NCBI GenBank assembly: GCA_003555075.1
Contig: PWHW01000002.1
Span: 96,210 to 160,209, forward strand
DNA length: 64,000 nucleotides
Reading direction: 5' to 3'
Source of the DNA: Candidatus Nealsonbacteria bacterium
GTDB lineage: Bacteria; Patescibacteriota; Minisyncoccia; Minisyncoccales; PWPS01
Made by a program: the position numbers and the translations under genes. Position 1 is the first letter of the stretch. Every line of letters starts with the position of its first letter. Positions 44,973 through 52,882 of this stretch are shown here, one piece after another. The notes beneath the pieces were generated by a model. The model searched no databases. It was not told the DNA's origin and saw only the letters and a list, made by a program, of their open reading frames with translations.

Positions 44973-45638
44973 TTGAAAAAAGTACTAGCTTTTTTCTTGG
45001 TACTTGCAATGAGTGTTGGCTTAGTTGGGGCAGGAACCACAGCATATTTTACTGACACTGAAGAATCTAGCAGTAATTCTTTTACGGCCGGAGTGTGGGA
45101 AACTGAGCAAGAAGAAGAAATTGAAGAAGATCTGATGATGCTTGAAGAGGAAACAGTTCAAGAAAGTGTTTATGATGAAAAGGAAGAACTTGACAACCCT
45201 GAAGAGTCCGGTAATGACGAGGGCACCGAAGGAGAGAACGACGAAGAAACCGAAAGTGATGATCCTGAAGGCGAAGAAACTAACGGTGAGGAACCGGAGA
45301 ATGAAGAATCCGAGGCTTCCGAAGAAGAATCAGGAGAAAATGATGTTTCTTGTGATTCTGACGATGAAGAATGCTCCGATGATGAAGAATCTATGAATGG
45401 TGATCCCGAAGATCCTCAGGACTCTGAAGACGGGGAATCCCAAGAAGAAGAAAGCGTATCAGACGAAGAAGAGAGCGGTGCTGATGAGTGCGTGGAAGAG
45501 GAAGATGAAGAGTCCGGTAATGACGAGGGCACCGAAGAAGAGAGCGACGAAGAAACCGAAAGTGATGATTCTGAAGGCGAAGAAACTAACGGTGAGGAAC
45601 CGGAGAGTGAAGAATCCGAAGCTTCCGGAGAAGAATAG
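44973..45638 (+). CDS. SipW-cognate-signal-peptide protein with a polyacidic tandem-repeat tail
   Basis: TTG start. 'AMSVGLVGAGTTAYFTDTEESSSNSFTAG' is the TasA/camelysin-class signal motif. The remaining ~175 aa is E/D/S-rich and contains two ~41-aa repeats (nt 45205-45330 and 45512-45636). Confidence 0.6.
   Translation: MKKVLAFFLVLAMSVGLVGAGTTAYFTDTEESSSNSFTAGVWETEQEEEIEEDLMMLEEETVQESVYDEKEELDNPEESGNDEGTEGENDEETESDDPEGEETNGEEPENEESEASEEESGENDVSCDSDDEECSDDEESMNGDPEDPQDSEDGESQEEESVSDEEESGADECVEEEDEESGNDEGTEEESDEETESDDSEGEETNGEEPESEESEASGEE
45205..45636 (+). repeat. two ~125-nt direct repeats inside the acidic-protein CDS
   Basis: tccggtaatgacgagggcaccgaag...gaagaaactaacggtgaggaaccggag occurs at 45205 and 45512, ~90% identical and frame-preserving. 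Confidence 0.7.
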
Positions 45639-45642
45639 GTTA

Positions 45643-45671
45643 TTGACAAAAACTGTATAATTTGTTATACT
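45643..45671 (+). promoter_or_regulatory. sigma70-like promoter
   Basis: TTGACA-N17-TATACT; the spacer contains AAAACTGTA. Confidence 0.5.
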
Positions 45672-45795
45672 GAAAAATTCTATTATGATCTTTCAAAAGA
45701 AAGGAGGCCGGAGTAAAGAGGTATGCGAAAAGCTCTTCCTTGGGAATTCACCAAAAACGGTGAAAAATCCAACTCAAGGAAGAAAGGAGGACTAG

Positions 45796-46404
45796 ATGAA
45801 AAAGAAGTTAGTTTTTAGTTTGTTGGCTCTTATGTTGGTGGTTGGACTTGTTGGAGCAGGTTCGTTTGCGGTTTTCAGTGATACGGAGAAAAGCGAGGAA
45901 AATGTTTTCCAAGCCGGAACGTTGGAGCTTGACGTGGAAGGTGCAGATGAAGGAGTTACGACATACAGTTTTGAAAACATCAAGCCCGGTGATATCGGTG
46001 GCTGGGATGGTCTTCACGACAATCCGCAATGGATTACTGAAAGGCCGCAGTGGACAGTTAAAAACACAGGTTCACTTCCGGGTGAGCTGACCGTCACTAT
46101 TGAGAATATTCGAGACTATGATGAAAATGACAACCAAATCGACACTGCAGACGGAGCGTTGTCATGGGCAATAGATATATGGTTTAAGGGTGGTGGCAGC
46201 AACTTCTGGGGACATCTTGGCAGGGGAGAACCAGCTCTTGTGATAGACTTAGATCCCGGTGATGAGATTACTGTGCAGTGTCAGTGGCAACTAGGCAGTG
46301 AGCCGAATGATGGCTGGAATGTTTTGCAAGGACATAGTACCGAATTTGACGTGAGGTTCTACCTGGAACAAACAGAAGAACCAACGGCGGATGTTTCACC
46401 ATAA
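45796..46404 (+). CDS. TasA/camelysin-family (Peptidase_M73-like) secreted protein with SipW-cognate signal peptide
   Basis: 'LMLVVGLVGAGSFAVFSDTEKSEENVFQAGTLELDV', 'FENIKPGD', 'WTVKNTGSLPGELTV'. These parallel Bacillus TasA 'AAFNDIKSKDATFASGTLDL', 'NLKPGD' and 'FQFENNGSL'. Confidence 0.7.
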   Translation: MKKKLVFSLLALMLVVGLVGAGSFAVFSDTEKSEENVFQAGTLELDVEGADEGVTTYSFENIKPGDIGGWDGLHDNPQWITERPQWTVKNTGSLPGELTVTIENIRDYDENDNQIDTADGALSWAIDIWFKGGGSNFWGHLGRGEPALVIDLDPGDEITVQCQWQLGSEPNDGWNVLQGHSTEFDVRFYLEQTEEPTADVSP

Positions 46405-46576
46405 CACAACTTACTAATAGTCAAATTTTTGAGCAACAACTCTCTTATCTCTTTCTTCAAAGCCCGAGTTATTAAACCAAACTCGGGCTTTTTTTCTTGA
46501 CAATCCACTGATTGATGATATGGTATAAAAAATTCGTTTGTTCTCTTAAAAAAATATAAGAAAGGAGGAAAAGAAA

Positions 46577-47026
46577 GTGAAAAAAGTTTTGATCAATTTC
46601 TTTGGAGTTTTTTTATTACTTTTTTTGGTGGCAATAAGTGTTCATATAATATTTTTCAAAACTCCCGAGGTAAATATCGGAATACCCGAAAGCGCAATAT
46701 TTGATTTAGAGGAAGACGGCCATTGGTACCCCGGAAAGAGAGTAGAGAAGAAAGTGGAAATAGAGAATGCCGGAAACGTGCCTGTAAAGGTGTCCTTTTT
46801 TGCTGTTCAAAAAGAGAGCAGCCCCTTAAGAGTGAGCTTTCAGCTGCCGGAAAAAGATGGGCGCAAGATTGATCCCGGAGAAAACAAGGAGGTTTTGGTC
46901 AGAGCTTATATGCCGGCTGAAACCGGAAATGCTTTTCAAGGAGAAAGATGGAAAAAGGATTTCATTTTTCGTGCCAACAAGCAAGGTGTTTTCAAAGAGC
47001 AGGATCTTTTAAAAAGGAGGTGGTGA
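46577..47026 (+). CDS. hypothetical secreted protein, possibly a divergent TasA-like domain
   Basis: GTG start after AAGGAGG. N-terminal TM. 'KKVEIENAGNVPVKVSFFAV' resembles the TasA 'FQFENNGSL' strand region. Confidence 0.35.
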   Translation: MKKVLINFFGVFLLLFLVAISVHIIFFKTPEVNIGIPESAIFDLEEDGHWYPGKRVEKKVEIENAGNVPVKVSFFAVQKESSPLRVSFQLPEKDGRKIDPGENKEVLVRAYMPAETGNAFQGERWKKDFIFRANKQGVFKEQDLLKRRW

Positions 47027-47028
47027 CA

Positions 47029-47244
47029 GTGCTGGAGCTGGAAGTAAAAAAAGGAAGGTTTGGTAATAGATCGGTAATAGAGCTTGCAAAGAATGGAAAA
47101 GTGGTCGCAACCATATATCCGGAAGGAGAGAGTGCCATAAAAATAGCAACGGACTACAGGAGAATAGAGGTGAATGATGGAAAGGAGTTCGTGCCCAATG
47201 TTCCTGTTATTATCATTGAGCCAAAAGTGGAGAATGATAAATGA
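47029..47244 (+). CDS. hypothetical small protein (71 aa)
   Basis: A GTG start 7 nt after AAAAAGGAGGTGGTGA seems more plausible than the ORF-track ATG at 46948, which overlaps the upstream gene. Confidence 0.35.
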   Translation: MLELEVKKGRFGNRSVIELAKNGKVVATIYPEGESAIKIATDYRRIEVNDGKEFVPNVPVIIIEPKVENDK

Positions 47245-47288
47245 AAGTATTAAAGCCTCTCATGCGAGAAATTGAGAGGCTTTTTTAT

Positions 47289-48011
47289 TTAACTAACAAC
47301 TGTTCCAACGTTCTCTCCAAGCGCTGCTTTTTTAAGATTTCCTTTTTTGTAGATATTGAAGACTACTATATGTATTCCATTGGTTCTGCAAAGATCCATT
47401 GCAGCATTATCCATTACCCCTATATCATCGCTTTTAAACGCTTCGTCCAAACTTAGCTCCTCGTATTTTTTCGCTTGCGGGTTTTCTCTTGGATCTTTTG
47501 AGTAAACTCCGTCCACTCCGGTAGCTTTGAAGATCGCTTGGCAATTCAATTCCAAGCATCTCATGGCGGCGGCAGTGTCGGTGGTTACAAAAGGAAGCCC
47601 GGTTCCTCCTCCTACGATCACTACTCGCCCTTTCTCAAGATGCCTTGTGGCTCTTTTTCTTATAAAAGGCTCTGCCACCGCTTTCATCTCAAAAGCCGTT
47701 TGAACTCTGGTGGATACTCCCTTTCTTTCCAGTGCATCCTGGAGTGCCATTCCGTTAAAGATCGTTGCAAGCATTCCCATATAATCCGCGGTCGTCCTAT
47801 CCATTCCTTCCTTGCTTCCCGCAACCCCTCGAAAGATATTTCCTCCTCCCACAACAACTACCGTTTCTGTGCCGGTATCATTTAGTTCTTTTATTTCATC
47901 GGCCAGATAAAAAATAAAATCGGGATCTATCCCGAATTTTTTATTTCCCATCATCGCTTCTCCCGAAAATTTTAACATTATTCTTTTGTATTTCGGACCT
48001 TCTTTTGTCAT
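47289..48011 (-). CDS. pyrH: UMP kinase
   Basis: 'MLKFSGEAMMGNKKFGIDPD', 'VVVGGGNIFRG', 'VVFNIYKKGNL'. Confidence 0.9.
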   Translation of the reverse strand: MTKEGPKYKRIMLKFSGEAMMGNKKFGIDPDFIFYLADEIKELNDTGTETVVVVGGGNIFRGVAGSKEGMDRTTADYMGMLATIFNGMALQDALERKGVSTRVQTAFEMKAVAEPFIRKRATRHLEKGRVVIVGGGTGLPFVTTDTAAAMRCLELNCQAIFKATGVDGVYSKDPRENPQAKKYEELSLDEAFKSDDIGVMDNAAMDLCRTNGIHIVVFNIYKKGNLKKAALGENVGTVVS

Positions 48012-48140
48012 TTTTTGAAAGCTTTAATTTTTATACCTGAAGAGAATTATAATAAAGTTTTTTTAAAAGTAAATTATTATTGACAAAATATTTCAAATTG
48101 ATTATAAGTTCCTCAATTTATAGAAAAAGGAGGGATTTTT

Positions 48141-48425
48141 TTGAGAGAAAAAGGGCGGATCATTTGCAATAATACTAGCGAAGCCATTGAAAAACTTCCA
48201 CCGAAAATCCTTGATTCTTGGAAGATGATTTTTGGAGATTTGCAGAAAGAGGAAGCAGTGTCATTTCTCAGAGATCTTTTAGGGACATTAGAAAACAACG
48301 GTAGTGGAGTTACCCTGGAAGAAATAGAACAGCTAAGAGAGGAAAAGAGGGGATTGAATCTATACGAGTTTTGCAAATGCACATCCTGCTCGCAAAGAAG
48401 ATCAAAAAAAGAGCGCTCCATATGA
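48141..48425 (+). CDS. hypothetical small protein (94 aa)
   Basis: TTG start after AAAAAGGAGGG. The terminator hairpin AGAGCGCTC-CATATG-AGCGCTCT overlaps the stop. Confidence 0.4.
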   Translation: MREKGRIICNNTSEAIEKLPPKILDSWKMIFGDLQKEEAVSFLRDLLGTLENNGSGVTLEEIEQLREEKRGLNLYEFCKCTSCSQRRSKKERSI

Positions 48426-48475
48426 GCGCTCTTTTGCTTTGAAAAAAATATTCTTTTTGATATCCTGATACACAT

Positions 48476-49096
48476 ATGAAAAAAGAAGAACAATTAATAA
48501 TGGTGGTGAGGAATGATCTTCTCTTTAGAGATGGTTACTTTGAGGGATTCAGAGGCCCGGAAGAGGTGGATTTTCAAAGAAGGATTCTGGAAAATTTCCT
48601 TTATATGAAAAGAGGCGAGGCGGAAGAGGATGAAAGATATAAGCAACCCATCGGATATGCCGTTCTGAGGGATAAATCTACGGGAAAGATCTTTGCCTAC
48701 AGAAGAGCTTCGAAAAAAGAGGATTATAATGAAAGAAGGTTGCGCGGAAAATGGTCATGGGGAGTTGGGGGGCATGTTGATAAGCCGGACGAAAAGGGTT
48801 TGAATCCTATTAAAGGAAGCGTTTTAAGAGAGCTTGAGGAAGAGATAATCATAGAAGGGAAGGTGGAAGATATAAGGCCAATAGGGTATATCAATGATGA
48901 TTCAAATAGCGTAGGGAGAGTTCATTTTGGAATATTATATCTGGTAGATTTTTCCGGAAAAGTTTTCCCTGCAGATGCTGAAATAGAGAAAGGGGAAATG
49001 AGAACCATTAAAGAGCTAAGTGAAATGAGTGACAGTGAAAAGTGCGAAGTAGAGGATTGGTCCAAGATATCTTTACAAGCATTAAAAGAGGTATAA
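48476..49096 (+). CDS. NUDIX-like hydrolase (putative)
   Basis: 'GGHVDKPDEKGLNPIKGSVLRELEEEIIIEG' resembles the Nudix box G-x5-E-x7-REUxEExGU, with insertions. Confidence 0.4.
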   Translation: MKKEEQLIMVVRNDLLFRDGYFEGFRGPEEVDFQRRILENFLYMKRGEAEEDERYKQPIGYAVLRDKSTGKIFAYRRASKKEDYNERRLRGKWSWGVGGHVDKPDEKGLNPIKGSVLRELEEEIIIEGKVEDIRPIGYINDDSNSVGRVHFGILYLVDFSGKVFPADAEIEKGEMRTIKELSEMSDSEKCEVEDWSKISLQALKEV

Positions 49097-49130
49097 AGAA
49101 AAAGGGGCTTTAAGCCCCCTTTAAGATTAT
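49096..49130. terminator. bidirectional terminator
   Basis: AAGGGGCTT-TAA-GCCCCCTTT between convergent genes. Confidence 0.6.
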
Positions 49131-49535
49131 TGATTTTGCCTCTCTGGCCATCTCTTCTATTAGTTTAATATCCTTGTGTGGTATTTTTTTATATATTTTT
49201 TCAAGGATCCTCCTTTTCCCGCTAATAGTATATTTGTTGAACCAAGGACAGAGAATGTTCATTTTCTTTTCCATTCCCAGTCTAAAAACAACTTGCTCTA
49301 AATTTTGTGAAAAGGGAGATATTCCGGATTCGTCAAAAGTGAAATCTTCCAAAAATCTTTCATACTTTCCTTCATATTTTGGATCCTTTTTTAATTTATG
49401 AAAAGCCAAATGAAGGTAAATCGTGTTGTGGATCATTCGGTCATCCTCCCCAAGCATGTTTATTAAGACGGCCAGAACCACATCGTTTTCCGATAAGGTT
49501 TTATTATTGCCTTTCTTTACTTTTTCAAGGGACAC
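49110..49535 (-). CDS. hypothetical protein (141 aa), downstream of an RHH gene
   Basis: ORF only; no recognisable motifs. Confidence 0.4.
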   Translation of the reverse strand: MSLEKVKKGNNKTLSENDVVLAVLINMLGEDDRMIHNTIYLHLAFHKLKKDPKYEGKYERFLEDFTFDESGISPFSQNLEQVVFRLGMEKKMNILCPWFNKYTISGKRRILEKIYKKIPHKDIKLIEEMAREAKSIILKGA

Positions 49536-49622
49536 GTGATCACCTCCTTTTTTGCTACCATAACAGAAAAAAAGTAATAGTCAAGTATAATAAAAAGCGG
49601 GATATTTCCCGCTTTTTAATAT

Positions 49623-49826
49623 TTAAGGAATGATCTCATGCTTTCGATTTCCTTCTTCATCTTCAATGATTATTCTCCCTTTTCTTTGCATTGCTTCAAT
49701 CACAAGGCCGATACTGATAAAACTTTGTAATACTTCTTTTGCGGTCATTCCTTTTTCTCTTGCTATTTCTTCCATTTTCCGATAAGCATCCTTTCTTACA
49801 GACATCCTTACTTTTCCTTTTATCAA
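49623..49826 (-). CDS. ribbon-helix-helix (CopG/Arc-like) DNA-binding protein
   Basis: 'RMSVRKDAYRKMEEIAREKGMTAKEVLQSFI' RHH fold pattern. Confidence 0.5.
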   Translation of the reverse strand: MIKGKVRMSVRKDAYRKMEEIAREKGMTAKEVLQSFISIGLVIEAMQRKGRIIIEDEEGNRKHEIIP

Positions 49827-49940
49827 AATCTTCCCTCCTCTTTAGAGTTTTTACCCCGCGTATTCTGCATTTTTTATTATTTTTGTCAATAATTTTATTG
49901 AATTTTTCTCTTTCAGGGGTTATTTTAAAATGAAAGAACC

Positions 49941-50378
49941 ATGCTTGGAAAACTAATGGGAAATAAAATATTCAGGATCTTGGTCACTTTACTGGTGATC
50001 CTCTTTGTTCTAGCTTTTTCATTTTATAGAATGGGATTTTACAAGATAGACCTTGGGGAAAGCGGTGATAAAGTGCCAAGAGCGACAGATGAGAATACGA
50101 TCGATTTCAGAGATGCTCCTGATAATATCGGTGAGAATTATTGGGTGAAAGGGGAGGTGGATCATGTTTTTCTTTCAGAGAACAAGAATTATTTTATAAA
50201 CTTTTGCGAGGATTACAGGGAATGCCCTTTTTCTGCAGTTATTTTCAAAGAAGATGCCTCACCATTTAAAGACATTGAAGCACTGGAAGGGGAGACCATA
50301 CTTTTGTACGGGGAGATTTCTCTCTATGAAGGGAGACCTCAGTTGATCATAGAGGATCCCGCTCAATTGAACCGCTAG
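49941..50378 (+). CDS. hypothetical membrane-anchored protein with an OB-fold-like C-terminal domain
   Basis: N-terminal TM. The C-terminus 'VKGEVDHVFLSENKNYFINF...ETILLYGEISLYEGRPQLIIEDPAQL' is an OB-fold-like pattern. Confidence 0.4.
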   Translation: MLGKLMGNKIFRILVTLLVILFVLAFSFYRMGFYKIDLGESGDKVPRATDENTIDFRDAPDNIGENYWVKGEVDHVFLSENKNYFINFCEDYRECPFSAVIFKEDASPFKDIEALEGETILLYGEISLYEGRPQLIIEDPAQLNR

Positions 50379-50529
50379 GGGCTTGAATATTTTGCTCAAT
50401 TTGTTATCATGAAACGTAGACTCCTCCTTTTAAGACAGGAAGGAGAAGAGATCCTCCAAGTATCCCTCCTAGTTCTTTAAAGCTCCTTTCAGCAAGGAGC
50501 TCTTTTTTTTCATAAAAAAGCGCTGATCA

Positions 50530-51189
50530 TTATTTATCAGCGCTTTCTGCTTTTTTTGAAAGAATGTGTCCTCTTATCTCTTCCCGTGTTATCTCTTTAT
50601 GCCTTAGCTTATCTCCCAAGGGTTGCCCAAAACCTATAAATTTCTTTTGGATTATAGCTACCGCATCATTTCCATTGTCTCCGGGAACTTCTACTTTTTT
50701 TACGTTCTTGATATTTACTTCTCCCGCTATGAGGCTTGTAAATATAAGAGGTAAGGATGGAGGAAAAAAACTTACAAGAGTTTTTTCTACCTCTCCTTTT
50801 TCATTTATTACATCGCTTGTTCCCGTAACGAAAACGTAAAAGTAGATTTCGAAATTATTGGTTATTATTTCAATAACACCCGGAAAGGATTTTTCGGTCA
50901 ATTTTTTTCTCTTTCCTTGCGTGAACACCATATTCAGAAGGGGAATGTTCTCCACTCGTTCTCCTATGAACCCTCCTAATTTTCCGGCAGTTACAATTCC
51001 CATAAGGGGCATTACTATGCAAATAACAAGTAGAAAGGGGAGACCCCAAAAAACAAGATTTTCCGGCAAGAAGAAATGCAAAACAACCTCTAAGGATTGC
51101 ACCGCATTTATTCCCCATATGAGCAATATAACCACTACCAGCAGAAAAACAGTCGGCCTGATCCCTTGAATCCACAATCTTCCAAGCAT
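50530..51189 (-). CDS. hypothetical membrane protein (possibly DUF502-like)
   Basis: Two or three N-terminal TM helices, then a soluble domain. Confidence 0.4.
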   Translation of the reverse strand: MLGRLWIQGIRPTVFLLVVVILLIWGINAVQSLEVVLHFFLPENLVFWGLPFLLVICIVMPLMGIVTAGKLGGFIGERVENIPLLNMVFTQGKRKKLTEKSFPGVIEIITNNFEIYFYVFVTGTSDVINEKGEVEKTLVSFFPPSLPLIFTSLIAGEVNIKNVKKVEVPGDNGNDAVAIIQKKFIGFGQPLGDKLRHKEITREEIRGHILSKKAESADK

Positions 51190-51328
51190 ACATTTTCCCT
51201 CCTTTGTTAAAGGTACTCAGAACTGCGAGTCAATATAGCACCTAGGCCCAATAAAGGCAAGTAAAAGGATAAATATTTTTCTCTTTATATGTTATAATTA
51301 AGTTACAATTCTTAAAGAATCAGACGTT

Positions 51329-52843
51329 ATGAGTAAAAGAGTTATTATCATTATCATAGTAGTTGTTTTGGTGGGAATCGGAGTAATGATGAGTTTTAAG
51401 TTTGATTTTGGCATGGATTTAAAGGAAGAGAATGATGAACCTTACATTTCCGGAGAAATATGCTTAGTATCCGATGATAATGTTCTTCTGGCTGAAGAGA
51501 TCGATGCGGAAGAGTGTACGGGAGATCTAAATGAACTTAAAGGAAGTGCGGGATATTTCAGGGTGGACGAAGAGACGAAAATAATAGGAAAAGAAGGAAA
51601 GGAGATCCCATTTGATGAGTTGATGCCCGGAAATCAGGCAAAGATATGGACTGTTGGGCCCATTATGGAAAGTTATCCTGTTCAAGCCAGTGCTTCCAAG
51701 ATAGAACTTTTGGAAGAAGGAGAAGAGCTTGAAGCGGAAGGGTCTAAAGAGGAAAAGGATGACAAAGAGAAGGAAAGAAATAATGAGTGGTCATACAATG
51801 AAGAGCTTGGAGGGGATCTGAAGGAAGTTAAAGGTCAGATCACGGAGTGCCTGTACTCTGTAAAAGGTGTGCCATCTCCAAAAGGAGTTTCTTTCTCTCC
51901 CGACGAAGAGGAGTTTTGGGTAACTTCTTTAATGAATGAATCCGAGGGAGTGGTGGTGTTTGAAAGAAAAACAGGAAAGAAGAAGGAGGGTATGACTTTG
52001 CCCGGGGGAGGGGGAGTGGAGATTATTTTTGATCAGAGTGGCTCCTATGCTTTTGTTAGTCAAATGGAGACGGGGAGGGTGTTCATGATTGATGCGGACA
52101 AGAAGAAGATCGTTGAAACTTTTGACACGGAAGGAAGCTGGACGAAAGTCATGGATCTTTCTCCGGATGAGGAGACCATTTATGCTTCGAATTGGTCAAG
52201 TCACAACGTTTCGGCGATCGATCTTGGATCGGGAAAAGTGACTGATCTTCTCAGTGCCGTGAACACTCCGCGAGGTATTTATGCTACGGAAGACGGTAGT
52301 GAGCTTTATGTTGCAGGATTTGAAAAAGGAGAAATACAAAGGATAAATTTGCACACGAAAGAAAGCGAGGTGATATATGAAAGCGGAGGTTCAATGAGAC
52401 ACATTGTGGGCGATGAGAAAAATGAAACCCTTTATTTTTCCGATATGGGGAATGCGGCTATTTATGAGTTTGACAAGGAGGATGAAGAAGTAAGAAAGTT
52501 TGCGGATACCGAAAGAAACCCTAACACCATAGCCCTCAGTCCCGACAACAAGGTTCTTGCGGTATCAAACAGAGGAGCTAACCATCCTTCGGGAAACTAT
52601 AATATTCCCGGACCGGAGTGGGGAAGTGTTCTTTTTTTTGACACCTCGACCGGAGAAGCGGTTGATGCTATTTTGGGAGGAAATCAACCTACGGCACTTG
52701 ATATATCAGAAAGCGGGAAATACTTGGCATTCTCCAACTTTTTGGATGGCGAGATAAATATTTGCAAATTTCCCGAAACAAAAGATATGCTGGAAGGTGA
52801 AGGAGGAGGATTTCCGGGGTACAAAGAAAAGATCGCAAAATAA
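51329..52843 (+). CDS. YVTN-family beta-propeller repeat protein, membrane-anchored/secreted
   Basis: N-terminal TM. Repeated ~40-aa YVTN-like units ('YASNWSSHNVSAIDLGSGKV', 'LYVAGFEKGEIQRINLHT', 'LAVSNRGANHPSG'). Confidence 0.6.
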   Translation: MSKRVIIIIIVVVLVGIGVMMSFKFDFGMDLKEENDEPYISGEICLVSDDNVLLAEEIDAEECTGDLNELKGSAGYFRVDEETKIIGKEGKEIPFDELMPGNQAKIWTVGPIMESYPVQASASKIELLEEGEELEAEGSKEEKDDKEKERNNEWSYNEELGGDLKEVKGQITECLYSVKGVPSPKGVSFSPDEEEFWVTSLMNESEGVVVFERKTGKKKEGMTLPGGGGVEIIFDQSGSYAFVSQMETGRVFMIDADKKKIVETFDTEGSWTKVMDLSPDEETIYASNWSSHNVSAIDLGSGKVTDLLSAVNTPRGIYATEDGSELYVAGFEKGEIQRINLHTKESEVIYESGGSMRHIVGDEKNETLYFSDMGNAAIYEFDKEDEEVRKFADTERNPNTIALSPDNKVLAVSNRGANHPSGNYNIPGPEWGSVLFFDTSTGEAVDAILGGNQPTALDISESGKYLAFSNFLDGEINICKFPETKDMLEGEGGGFPGYKEKIAK

Positions 52844-52882
52844 ATTTTGTCTAATTTTAAAAATTATTTATAATGCACAACT

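Noticed and set aside
45142-45660. K/R-rich ORFs (45142..45396, 45397..45660 on the plus strand, and the serine-rich ORF 45416..45649 on the minus strand) over the acidic repeat.
   Set aside because: They are alternative frames of the GAA/GAG-rich repeat. The frame with the SipW-type signal peptide is the real one.
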